A stretch of DNA of 61,955 nucleotides, the filler included, from Dimargaris cristalligena (lineage: Eukaryota), in NCBI GenBank assembly GCA_003614675.1. It is 13 parts of 13 records of this genome, joined end to end, with 100 filler letters (N's around TTAATTAATTAA, not from the genome) between each part and the next. Parts side by side here need not be neighbours in the genome. Positions count along the whole stretch, not along the records: positions 9,666 to 14,357 come from ML003735.1; positions 14,458 to 19,143 come from ML003736.1; positions 19,244 to 23,918 come from ML003737.1; positions 24,019 to 28,687 come from ML003738.1; 9 more parts are not named here. The stretch is one strand, 5' to 3'. Made by a program: the position numbers and the translations under genes. Within the stretch, counting starts at the first letter, position 1. Each line of letters opens with the position of its first letter. This document shows, in pieces, positions 12,298 through 24,315 of this stretch. The notes beneath the pieces are model-generated. The model was not told where the DNA came from and ran no database searches. It saw only the letters and a program-made list of their open reading frames with translations.

Positions 12298-13138
12298 GCC
12301 ATAGTTTCTGCTATTTGATTATCGATGGCTGCTTAGGACATGTTGTTCTAATTGTGGTCTGGATATACACTCACTTGTCCCTGTTTTATTGTCACGGAAT
12401 GCTTATTGCTATGTATGGCGCATTCCTTGCTGCAGAATCAAGCATAGGACCACCCTGGTCGATGCCAGTTCTGTACCTATGTTTACTCTGGTCCGGTTTA
12501 CGTAAGTGTAATGGCCCCGACTGGTTCTTTATGCTAAAGAATTCTTGCACTACGCATGTAGTATCTGTTCTTATTCCCGCTACCCTCATATAAATACCGA
12601 CGGATTTCCCGACCTGCAATAAAAAAAAACGATTACACTCTTATATTATTAATAGATTATTTATGTTTTGAATAGTATTATTACTGTCCCTAGCTATCAG
12701 TGGCAATCTTCTTGTTGCTGTTCCCCAGTCTATTAGTATCACTCCTGGTGACAGGAAACCTACACGCCCTACGTGTCCCTCTTCCCTGCGACTTACTATA
12801 TTGCAACCATTAGGAGAGATCGACCCCATTAGTGATGTTGAGGTCACCTGATCCTCCCTACTCTAAAGCAACGCCTAAAAGGCGAAGAACGGTTACCGGC
12901 CCCATTAAAACATAATAGATTAGCCCGAGGTATAAATTAGATAATGATCTGCGCCACCCGGCAAACCTTATGTCTTAATAAAATTATTATACTTATATCT
13001 ATACATTTAGTTAGTATCCCCCTCAAACCCCAACTCGGCTGAGGTAGTAGATCCTAGCCCAACTCGGCCTACCTGTAACAATATACATACACTGCCTAAA
13101 AAGCTATAGATACATCGTTAAGAGCAGGTTAAGGTACC

Positions 13139-14173
13139 ATGAATTATCCGCCTACAGCGAACCCGGATCTTGCGCCGACGTCTGTGGCGTTCACAGCTTG
13201 CTCGAGCCATTTTTCACCATCTACAGTCTCGACTTTACCGCTCCACCCATCCTACGCAACCCCGCCGACCTCCCGACCCCAAGAAGCTACACCAATCGCC
13301 GCCCCGACTTGCCAGTTGCCCCCCATCTATCAGCGACCGGTACCTAGCTCTAATGGACATCAGCCTCACCCGCCGCCAGCCACCACTATGCCCAACTACT
13401 ATGGGTACCCAGGCTATCATTATCATTATCCTTACTATGTACTGCCGTCCAGGCCAGCGCCCACCTTTTCTGGGCTAGCCAACGAAGACGCAGAAGAATG
13501 GCTTCATAGCTTTGATTGTTGGCTGACTTTATACCCCTCTGATGATCGCTAACAGGCCACCTTGGTACTCTGCGCGTTCATTGGACAACCCGTCGAATGG
13601 CTATCCGAAAAAAGTTCTGTGATCGCGATATTGGCTTGGACCAACAAATACCAGAAATTCATCACCTTGGCCCAAGGAGAAAAAGAACACCACCTGGACT
13701 TCTTGAGCCGATTTAGACGGATTAACAGTCAATTGGATGAACCCCTCCCCGAATCCTTTCTTAAGAATCACTATAAAGCTGGCCTCAGGCGGAAAAAAGG
13801 TCACTTATACAGATATCCACCAACCTCTCACAGCGAGGATGAGTATGAGCATGCGTATGAGAGCAAGGATGCGGATACAACCGTCGACCACAATGGAGCT
13901 CGGCTCGGGCAACCACCTACTAATTATTCGGTACCTCAAACGGGAGGGAATCGTCAAGAACCGCCCAGTGGCATCCCGCCACCCACCCAGTACCCCGGAA
14001 GCCACCCCCCGAGGACCGCAGCCCAAGTCCCCAACCAACCGCCCACCACCAACATTGACCAAATAACCAGGCAGTTGCAACAACTACAGGCCAACTCAAC
14101 CCAACGGTAACCAGTTCCCCGGGAATGCTTTGTGTGCGGCAGTACTGATCATGTGGCCCGTCACTGTCGCATA
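13139..14173 (+). pseudogene. Degenerate retrotransposon gag with CCHC zinc knuckle
   Basis: PTFSGLANEDAEEWLHSF capsid-like motif; FLSRFRRI...LKNHYKAGL; CFVCGSTDHVARHC knuckle at ~14126-14167; in-frame TAA stops at 13550 and 14108; no pol follows. Confidence 0.8.
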
Positions 14174-14302
14174 ACAATATGCATTGGCTGTCGACTGCCT
14201 GGCCATTTTGTTCGCCTATGCCCTCATGCATAACCCAGCGTACCAGTGAACCTTACTTACGAAACTTAATGTTTACCCTAAACCTCCCTTGTTTTAAAAG
14301 CT

Positions 14303-14357
14303 ATATGGGTGAACTTCAACCCAACTGTACAAGATTTTACACAATATGTGTATGGGA
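14303..14357 (+). mobile_element. MITE family M, copy truncated by contig end
   Basis: TATATGGGTGAACTTCAACCCAACTGTACAAG...TGTGTATGGGA matches the 5' part of the copy at 1490. Confidence 0.6.
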
Positions 14358-16545
14358 NNNNNNNNNNNNNNNNNNNNNNNNNNNNNNNNNNNNNNNNNNN
14401 NTTAATTAATTAANNNNNNNNNNNNNNNNNNNNNNNNNNNNNNNNNNNNNNNNNNNNTTTAAATACTCCCATCCTCAAACTAAGAATGTGGATTTTTACA
14501 GCACTCAGTCGGGCAGCGGGAGGGGTTTGCCCCTTCTTGATGAGGTGCACTGCTGCCCCATGGTCAGCTACGGACACAAACTTCCTCCAGCAGCTACGAC
14601 GGTAACAGCTAGCTCCCACAATGCCCCGACGAGGATGCCTCCGTTATATGAAATGGGAAGATATTGAAACTGATAATGATTGATCCGGTTTGATAGGAGA
14701 AAAGGCTTCCCGAACCCCATAATATGCAACACTATATGAACTAGGGGAGAATATCGGGAAGTATATAAACAAGTAAAAGGGATAATGAATAAACTTTCCT
14801 AATTCTGCACTTTGCAGCACTACACATACGCATGTTTCCGTATTAGGTTTATAAGTCATCCACCATGGGGTTTTCATTTTAATTTATATATTGAGAAGCC
14901 TACCAGCAACCATCAAGAGTTAATTAAAATTAGCATTTAATTGCACTAGGCGACATGGCAATGTAAAAATAACAAGTTCCTAGTAGCTCAGCCAATGATC
15001 CGCCTATTATACTGTCACTAGAGACACCTCACCCCCCATGCACCCCATACCCGCCTCTTTAAACGCACATCCGTCCCCACTGGCTTTGCCCTCCTAGGTC
15101 TGATTTTAGGACCTCAACTACTTACCGGAATAGCCTTCATTAGCGCATATTCGTAGCTGTATTAAATAGTCACTGGTCGAACCTCCAGTATTCGTTCTGC
15201 GTATTACGTATATATGCCATTAATTACAAATTACCATCCCCCTCGCCATTTAGCCAGCGATATTCGTGAGTATTTACCCGATTATAAAACACGACTCCGC
15301 TTGAGAGAAAATTCACGGACGAAATGGAACTAAAGCACTGTTCGACTGGGCCTAACTTCCCGCCCAAAATGGTGATTTAATAATCTGACACTTCCATCTC
15401 TGTCTGACAAAAATAGCCTCTGCCAGTGGTTAGTGATAATATCTGGTGGGGAGTAAGTGGTCTTAGTGAATATAATCATGCTATCACATTTTCAATGTGC
15501 TACACGCAAGGTCTATGTCAGTTGGAGGATAAAATTGAGTATTCTATAAACAGAGCCCACCAAGCCGTTTATTTTGGTAAGGGGGTTGCGAAAGGCAGCC
15601 ACGGATACCAGCCTGGTCATATCGGCCCCTGATTCGCCAAAATCCTTTGACACCCTCGGCCGCCTACAACTGCAGCAGGAGGAGGGGGGATACAGGAGAA
15701 TGAGACGGATAAATTATGGAAGGTTATACTAGAATACACCGCACGAATCTTTGGCTGGATATTCGAAATTGTTTCAATAAATGAAGGGGCTCCAATGTAA
15801 CGATGTGCCACCACCAAGTATCATGATTGGCGTGGAGGTTGGCTACCTACTGTCCCCTTGTCTATCTGCTCCCTCCATTTCTTTTGGGACCCATTTCAAT
15901 ACTATCATTGAAAATAAGCCCAAAGTTTCAACTTGAGGGGGGGGGGGTGATTCGATAACTCTATGACAGGTAATCGGAGATAAATGAAGCACCTTCATTA
16001 ATGAAGTGATCTAAGCTAATGGGCAGCCGAGATATTGTTCCCAACGCAGCATAATGCTATAGCCTTGTAGAGCTGTTAAGTCGCAAATCGCCAGTTTGAT
16101 AGTGCTTGATTTAAGTAGATTGGTCTACAGAGGAGGGTATATTCATAGACTGAAATCACCTTTAGTGGAACACTCCCCCTCCGCTTTGTGACCAGGGCGT
16201 GGCCAATGACGTGTATATACCGTTACAACGAACCGTCATACACAACGGTTTATGGTTACAAAACGGTTCCGATCCCTTCCGCCGGCACGGCTAGGCAATT
16301 CACCTATGGACTTACGGATCGACTCCTTCAATTCCAGTCCCGAATATAAAAGCCTATCTACGCCTTCACATAACTTCATCATGGTTCGATTTTTTTTACT
16401 AAGCACTGGTGTGTATCTGCCTACTCTCCATTCCATGTGCTTTCTACTTCCACATTCTTTATTTTGTGGACTTTTTCCAAAGATCACCTAATTCGCCCTA
16501 CCCTTTCCTCCCATTCGCACCATCCTCATTCTCGACTGATTGACC

Positions 16546-18086
16546 ATGAAGTCGTATCTTAAGCCTATTACCCTCCTAGGCCTAATATTGCCCCGCTGTG
16601 CAGCCGGCTTCCCTCACCAGCCCGATGGTGTCGGCGAGAAAAGTGAGTGGGATAAATACGTCGATGCGGTTAATATCCCGCCTAACAGGGAACAAAATTA
16701 CAATACTTCCTCATTATTGTCCCTCCCTAATGAACTTAAGTTTTCTATCCTGGACTGTCTGCGATATAAAGATCGGGCAACCATGCTAAGCATTAGCAGG
16801 CATTCCAATGCAGTCGTTCAAAGTCACCGTGACAGTCAAGCTCTTCTTGATGTAGGTTTATTAGCCCCATTTTAAGCCACACCCTTATTACTAAGATACC
16901 CGGCCAGTCGTACTACATGCCGATGCCACTATTGGTATATTGGTCTATAGATCAGCCCGTAAGCGGTCGGTACTTTGGCGCGTTCTGCGAAATACTCCCT
17001 GCCCCTCTTTTTTAAAACTTTGCCATTAATTAATTCCTTTTCGTCACCGTATCTAATTTTGGACAATTATTTATTGTCACGCCTTCCCTTGCCCAATAGT
17101 TTATCAAAAATTCCCTACGCCCGATTTTGAACAGCAACTCGATCAGCCTGAAACAACTTCAAGCACTTATCCCAATGCAGCCCATGGATGCCATTATGGC
17201 ACACGCTTGGGACATTGAAGGTGGTCACCTGACCGAAAGGTCCGACTATCCGGACGATATGACCTATAGAAAAGACTCGTTCGATATAGAAACTCGCCCC
17301 AGCAATAATCGGAAGGTCGTTGAACAAGAGTGGGAGTACCTGGATTACAATCAACTAAGCAACAGACACAAGCGGGTCCTTTTTCCCTTGCTATATCACT
17401 TGTCAGACTTGCCCATACAAGACATTGCCCAGTTATACAAAGTGTTCGATGAACTGGTAGGCACCCAACCATCGGTCAGTGAGTTACAGCAACTGACCGA
17501 CGGCGACCCAATTCTCCAATCGTTTACCCAATATTTTTACCCAGAGGGCGTGGCTGAAATCTTCCAGACTTCATTTGCCCAACTCATGACCAGTGTCAAT
17601 GCGGTCCTCGCCACCTCTGACCAATTCGACAAGTTAAAGGAAACACTGAAAATCAGCGTTAGCCCCGATTTCTCGCCATCCACTACCGACTATCCAATAC
17701 TTTTGCGTTTGGAGTTTGGTAATGCAGACATCGATCTAGTCAATTTGATAAGTCTGATTCAAATCAACTGCGGTTATGCCAGTGCGCTGGGATTCGAGAC
17801 GGCAGCAAGGAACTGCTTAAATTACCCAAATCATCACCATGTAACCCCGTGGCTACTTTCAACGATGACAGCCGATGGGTTTGCGCATCCGCACCGAGAC
17901 TCCAAGGGCAGCCCCAGACTGGCTATTCGAGTCCCCCGTCGGTCTGTCGAAGCATTGCTCAAAGCAAAGGGGCTCAGTGTTGATAGACTCCCCTGGCTGG
18001 ATCACGAAGTTCTTTTAGACGAGCTGTACAAAATGAGATATCGACGTAGTCTTCCACTACCACGGCCCATTGCTAACCAGGAGTGA
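16546..18086 (+). CDS. Signal-peptide + F-box protein; exons 16546-16851 and 17100-18086 (~430 aa)
   Basis: MKSYLKPITLLGLILPRCAAG signal peptide; LLSLPNELKFSILDCLRYKDRATMLSISR fits the F-box consensus; GTAGGT donor at 16852, CTAAT branch site ~17053 and TAG acceptor ending 17099 join in phase 0 to ORF 17127-18086. Confidence 0.7.
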
Positions 18087-19243
18087 TTGTATCTCCGACT
18101 TTTTACGTATCTTTGAGATTCGCTTTGACTTTTTTATAATCAGTGGTTTTAATCCGTACTACTTTGTTTCCATTTAGTACCTATATATAGTGCTTCTCGC
18201 TATCAGCTCACCGGTGATATAAAATAGTAGGTCTACCATTTCGTCCTTTAACCCCACCTCCCTTTATCCCCGTTCTTGTTTTTCGCCAATATTTTTCGCA
18301 ATTATTAGGTCACGGCTTGGTGCTTTACAAGTCTATTTTATCTATTCCATAGGTTATAATAAGTATATTACCAGTATTTGACCATCACTCTAGCTTTTGT
18401 TGGAAATGGGTCAATTTTCAACTCTACCTTTGGGTATACATGTTAGCCACAATGAGAACAGTGGCTTTGGCCATTTTAGTTTTATAACTTAACTATAGTG
18501 GTTGGTATCTTCTAACCCAATCACCAATATTTTCTTGGGTATATTTAGAGGGGGTTGCCATCCGCGACTGTATCTGGGTAAATTGTTCGACTTTGACAGT
18601 TGATTATTGGTACCACTATGAGGGATATATGCTCACTGTGTCGCGGCGGTTAACCATACACATCCCGATTCAGAGTCCAGGTGGGTAGGTTGGGTAGGCA
18701 GCTCTTTGAAATAAGTTGATCACATTGTTACGATAGAGAGCTTGGGGAGGGATGTGCCATTGTTCATTTTGTATTCTTAATTCCTCCATAGGCCGATAGG
18801 GGTAGGATCTGTTTGCGGGCCCTCCAGTGATGTTTTTATTGGCGAGACCAGGTGACGCCCCGACTTTGGGTGGTTGGCCACGCCCGGTAGTTACCGTAAT
18901 TGTGGCCTTCCACGTCAACCAACCATGGCTTGGCGTATCAAGCTAATCTCTGCATAACTACGATAAAGTCACAGTGTAACTCTTTCCATCATTGGGGGAT
19001 CAGAATAGTCCTCCACCTGGGACTTATCTGCTATTTACCAGACAGAGGGGATTTTATCAACCAAGATGCTTGGTAATGTAGCAAATAGCATGCCTTTTAG
19101 CTGAGATTCTTTATTGGATATGATTATGAAACCTTGAAAGAAANNNNNNNNNNNNNNNNNNNNNNNNNNNNNNNNNNNNNNNNNNNNTTAATTAATTAAN
19201 NNNNNNNNNNNNNNNNNNNNNNNNNNNNNNNNNNNNNNNNNNN

Positions 19244-20970
19244 TGTAGAAGGCTCTGCTGGGAACTATAAGAGTTGTTAGATTAGCCTAGGAGTAATTAG
19301 TGTGAGCCTAGAGTCTGGAAAGAGAATAGTTATATAATATAAGATGATCCCATATTACTAGGGGTGACTATGGGAAGGTTAAATATAGTGCTAAAAGGCC
19401 TAATATAGTTGGTCTATCAATATGTCTGGATTAGGTTAGATTAGAAAGACTAATATTACCCTCTCTTACTATAGCCTCATCCTTAAGGCCTTTGATAAAT
19501 AGAATGATCTAGTTGCCAGATACTCATTCCTGCTGGAGGCATTTCTCATGAACTGAGGGGGTGATAGTATATATATTACTACCATAGATGCCTTCAATTA
19601 AAACAGGGCCCTTGAAGGGGGCTTGTAGGGACAGGGGCCTATGGGGGACCTGGACTAAGACTTGGTCTCTCATATGGTACTATATGGGATCTGTGGGTTT
19701 AGGGCCTAGCTTATAGCAAACTCACTGGTAAGCCTCACTGAGCCAGTTGCAGAGCTTATTGATATAGGCAGATCTGGTAAAGGCTCAGAGGGTGTTAATG
19801 TCAGCATTTAGGGCCACATCCATAGGCATACAGGGGTCTTAACTATACATCAGGTAAAATAGCTTGTTAACAATAAGTCAGATATAAGCCATGCAATAAG
19901 CAAATAGGTAAAGGGCTAAATGCTGGTCCCATTGTGGGTTGTCTCCAGAGGAGTATTTTATGATCATATGTTTGAGTATGCCATTGAGTTATTTAACTGC
20001 TCTATTTCTCTGGGGGTAGTAAGGGGTAGCCATCTCATGGTCTATCCCTGAGAGGCATAGGGTCTGCCTGTGGATACTCACTATAAATTATTTACCCTAG
20101 TTGGAGATCAGGATCTGGGGGCAGCTGTGGATACTGATTATATCTTTATTAAGGAATTGGATAATGGTTTGGGCTGTAATATTTAGGATAGTATGGGCAA
20201 AGGGCCAGTGGGTAAAATAGCCAATGGCAACTATAATAAACTTATTACCATTCTGTGGGTATTAAGCAGTCCAATTATGTTGATACCCAGGTGATCTAAT
20301 GGTCTGGTAAGGGGGGTAACTAACCATTCAGGGGGTTGGGGGGCCTATTAGTAGTACTGGTAGGTCTTACAACCTCATACATATTTATTTATATCCTTGT
20401 CCATTAAGGGCTAGTATACAGTCTATTGAAGATGGTGTAAAATGGTTTTGGTACCTAGATAGCTGGTACCAGGTCTGCTATGGGCAGTGACAATAGTTAC
20501 TACTCAGTGTACCTTAGGTAGGACAAGGTAGTTCTATCTGCCAGGACCTTGTTGTAATAGCAGCTGGTCTACTAGCACAAAGTTCTGGTTCTTACTATGG
20601 GATTTCTGGAATATATGGACTTCCATACAGTTACATAGTTCATTTACATCCAGGTCAGCTAGCTGATCCTAGAGCATCTGGCCTAGGGGGATGACAGTAG
20701 CCAGGACTATAGATAGGATATCAGTATAACTAAAGCCAGGAGTACTGTGTTCTGTCTTATCCAGGGTAGTAGTCTCCATCAATAGGGGAGCTTCAATTTA
20801 CTAGAAAACCAGCTATACTATGCAGTCCCTGGGGTAGAAGGAAAGTGTTTCAGCAGAGAGGCTGTATATTAGTACCTGGATTGTACCTTAGAAATTGGAA
20901 TCTATGACTCTGCTGCAGATGGCAATTTAACATAGCCCAAGGGAGCTGTGTTCCTTTATAAGGGCTACTA
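19244..20970 (-). mobile_element. Heavily mutated retroelement remnant: dUTPase (20719-20968), integrase (~19490-20520), probable PPT and 3' LTR fragment
   Basis: Manual minus-strand translation gives eroded dUTPase motifs 2-5, then AH..P...YLG and CKTYQ (HHCC remnant), HLGINIIG and LISN*G (DDE remnants) and PFKGP (GPY/F-like); AAGAGAGGG purine tract near 19459. Confidence 0.8.
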
Positions 20971-21411
20971 TGTTACCAACAATTTGAGGGACTCTGCTGG
21001 CATGCCTTTGGGAGAGTTGGCAGGAGGGGGAACCTCTGGTTTCTTTCCACTAGATAGCTTATCATATTTTGTCATGTAATGCAGAATGTTGGGCTTTGTT
21101 GGGTTTATTGAAGAATAAGTTCCTATGTGTTCTTTATTCTATCCTATTTTTACCAAATTACATTAGTTTATTCTGCTATCATGAGATCATTCATGTTAGC
21201 CAGTTATATTTCACTCTACAGAAATTACAACTCAATAAAACTAACCACCTAGAGGTACCTACCGTCCTCTAGCTGCTTTCTTCCCTTACTTCCAGTTTTA
21301 TTATTTTATAAGCCTTAGTATTCCAACAGATAATTCCTGTAAGCCATCCCACCACAGGTCAAGTTCCATATTAAAACAGCCATTCACAATGGCTCTATTT
21401 CCCTGGTGACA
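20971..21411 (+). repeat. 5' LTR of the plus-strand Ty3/Gypsy element
   Basis: TGTTACCA...TGGTGACA inverted termini; internal AATAAA; followed by a TGG-initiated PBS-like sequence (TGGCATC) at 21413. Confidence 0.7.
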
Positions 21412-21519
21412 GTGGCATCAATCAGCTACTATGCACTGCAATATTTGGATATTGCATCACTAATGACACCACAGAGGAGTATGTCTACTCCCTCTCCCTT
21501 CAAGAAGACTTGGTGCAGT

Positions 21520-22081
21520 TGTCGCCCGGGTTAACCACTCTTAGTCCGTCAAGAGTCTTGGGGGTAGGCTTCTAACGGTAGGCGGGGCATTGGACACGGC
21601 CAAGTGGGCTACTAGCATTAGGTACGGCAGCAATACTAACTAGATAAGGGAAGCACAAGATGTAGGTGAGGTCCGTGCACTAAATGCACACTTACTAGTC
21701 AGTATGAGGGGTGAGCGTATATAGAGTTTATGGGGAGTAAACCATTGGGGGTAAGAATAAGCTGGGGTGCTAACCGGACCCAAAGGGGGCCCAGTTATAT
21801 ATACGCGGGGGACAACTCCAAAGGGGAGGTCCTGAAGGGGGAACTACTTAATGCTAACAATAAGGTGGACCAGCTGGTCCTCGGCTGGGCGGGCTTCCAT
21901 GGGAATTGGAAGGCACTAAGATCACCTGTGAGTGATTAGTGTGAACTCCGGGAGGCCCGGCCAGTAGGGGGATATCAATGATGCTTGGCCTTATTAGGGC
22001 CGGGGGTATAATATGGCATTATACGGCCTGGTATGACAGCAGTCATATTGTTGGGATTAGGACAGATTAGGAGGGGCAACA
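21520..22081 (-). mobile_element. Solo LTR, family A (562 bp), with 5-bp TSD
   Basis: TGTCGCC...GGCAACA termini; flanks GCAGT and GTAGT; TATA-like box on the minus strand; homologous copies elsewhere in the window. Confidence 0.85.
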
Positions 22082-23918
22082 GTAGTAACCACAAGTCTAG
22101 TTCATACTCCACCCAGGAGTGCTGAGGTCTGGCTAGATGTCCAAACAACTCTCAGGCGAGATCACTGAGTTCACCCAACAAGCCAGTAACCCCCAGTCCA
22201 GTGGTCACATGTTTCAAGTGTCAGATGCAACACCACTATGCACCGAGTTGTCCCAAGAAGAACACCCCCAAGACACCACACACCCCAGCTACCAACATTC
22301 AAGGTATGCAAGTGGTTAATGAAGTCGGCTCTATTGAGGAGAACTAGATCATTGAGATGCCTATTATTGTCTGAGATATTTAAACTTTTGGTTTCTTGGA
22401 TACTGGTACCTCAAAGTCTATTATTCTTGAGGCCTTCTGCCATGAACATTATATCCCGGTTACACCTGCAACTGGTGTTATCCAGGGTTTCACCATGGCC
22501 ATGACTCAACCCCAAATTGGTATTACGGGCCCCATCAAGGTTAAATGTAGCTCACATACTGCTAGTGTTTCATTTGAAGCTCTCCAGGACTTTAAAGGAT
22601 CTTCCATTATTATTGGGAGAGATAGCTTTCAATACTTAGGTATCAACATCACCGGTCTTCCCCACACTTATCCAGCAACACATCCTTAGATTATGGATGA
22701 GGTAACCCCACTTATTTCCCCCAATAAACTCCAGACCCGGCCATTTGGTGATAAGCACATCAACTATATGAGAGCCAAGGAGTCTATCCTAGCTAACCTA
22801 CAAGAACTCCTTGACAAGAATGAGGCTATCAGTCCTCATGAGCCCTATCCAATTCCCGAGGCTGAGATTAGTCTTCCTACACCACCAGGATAGGCAATAT
22901 ATAGATGTCAGTATCTGATTCCACACAAGCTCCAGCCCAAGGTGAACAAGCTGATTAACCAGTGGCTCACTGACAGTATCATTAGGATTGCACCTATTGA
23001 CTGTGCATTCAATACTCCTATGTTCATCATCCCCAAAAAGGATGCCTAAGGCAATCTCACTGACATCCAACCATACCATGACTACCAGCTACTGAACCAG
23101 ATGCTCCCTGATGATTCCTTTCCCCTGCCCCTCATTGCAGATATTTTCAACTCTTTATCTAGGGCAGCCTACTTCTCCACTCTTGATCTCAAGTCAGCCT
23201 ACCACTGGTTCCTGATTGTCCCAGCCAACCAGCACAAGACTGCTTTCACCTGGAATGGTATCCAGTATGACTTCCACTGAGCCCTGTTTGGCCTCAAGAG
23301 CCTCCTGTCCAAGTTCCAGAAAGTGATCCAATGGCTTTTGCATGATTTACCCTTTGCTATTCCATTTATGGATGACATTATGGTGTTTTCACTGACCCCT
23401 GAAGACCACTAAGACCACCTATTGCAAGTACTCGAGAAACTCAATGAGGCATGGCTCATTCTCAATAGGCCCAAGTGTCACTTTATCAAGACTGAGATCA
23501 AGCTCCTAGGCTTTTGAATCAATGTGCAAGGCATGCATGTTAACCCTGGCAAGATCAGTATTATCAGGGACTGGCCCACTCCAACAACCACCAAACAGCT
23601 CCAGCATTATTTGGGTTTCTTCAACTACTTCAGGCAACACATACCCATGGTTTCCAAGCTCACAGCTCCACTTGATGCCCTGCAAACCAGTGACAACCTC
23701 AAGGCAGTTTGGACCCCGGAATATAGTACCATTTTTGAGCAGTTCAAGGCCATCTTGTATTTGGCCCCTTCACTGACCTTTCCTGACTTTTCAAAGCCCT
23801 TCTGCATTGCCACAGATGCATCTAATAAAGGCATTGGTGCTGTCTTGTACTAAACAGCTGATGGTGACCCCAACTCCACAGACATCAAGTTCAATTCCTT
23901 TCCAGCAAGAAGTCTCAC
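22082..23918 (+). pseudogene. Ty3/Gypsy pol pseudogene (protease, RT, RNase H), truncated by contig end
   Basis: LDTGTS protease motif; FPLPLI, FSTLDLKSAY, KTAF and FMDD RT motifs; FCIATDASNKGIGAVL RNase H motif; many transition-type stops. Confidence 0.9.
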
Positions 23919-24315
23919 NNNNNNNNNNNNNNNNNNNNNNNNNNNNNNNNNNNNNNNNNNNNTTAATTAATTAANNNNNNNNNNNNNNNNNNNNNNNNNN
24001 NNNNNNNNNNNNNNNNNNAGGCATAGAGAAGCATGCATTTTCTGACTATTGTAAACAAACATTGCAAATGAATAAAGCTACTACTAGTATATATATATTG
24101 AGCTTGAAGCAGCATGCTTCTATTATGTATGTGGCACGGCCTTCATTAAGAAGTGTACGCAGCTTGCTTGCTTGCATGGCGGCATGACGATGGTTAATGT
24201 GTGATCGCAATCGCCGTCACTAATCGCCCTTCCTCGCTCCCTCTCCCTCTCTATCTCTCGCTCTGTGTTTATTGTTACCTCACTAATCTAGCTTGCTGCT
24301 TCCTACGCCACTACC

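Noticed and set aside
12600-13080. Possible LTR ending TGTAACA upstream of gag
   Set aside because: No matching 5' terminus, PBS or second copy found in the window
22039-22043. Perfect GCAGT 'TSD' suggesting the solo LTR ends at 22038
   Set aside because: The copy at 57457 shows homology continuing to GGAGGGGCAACA, so the true end is 22081
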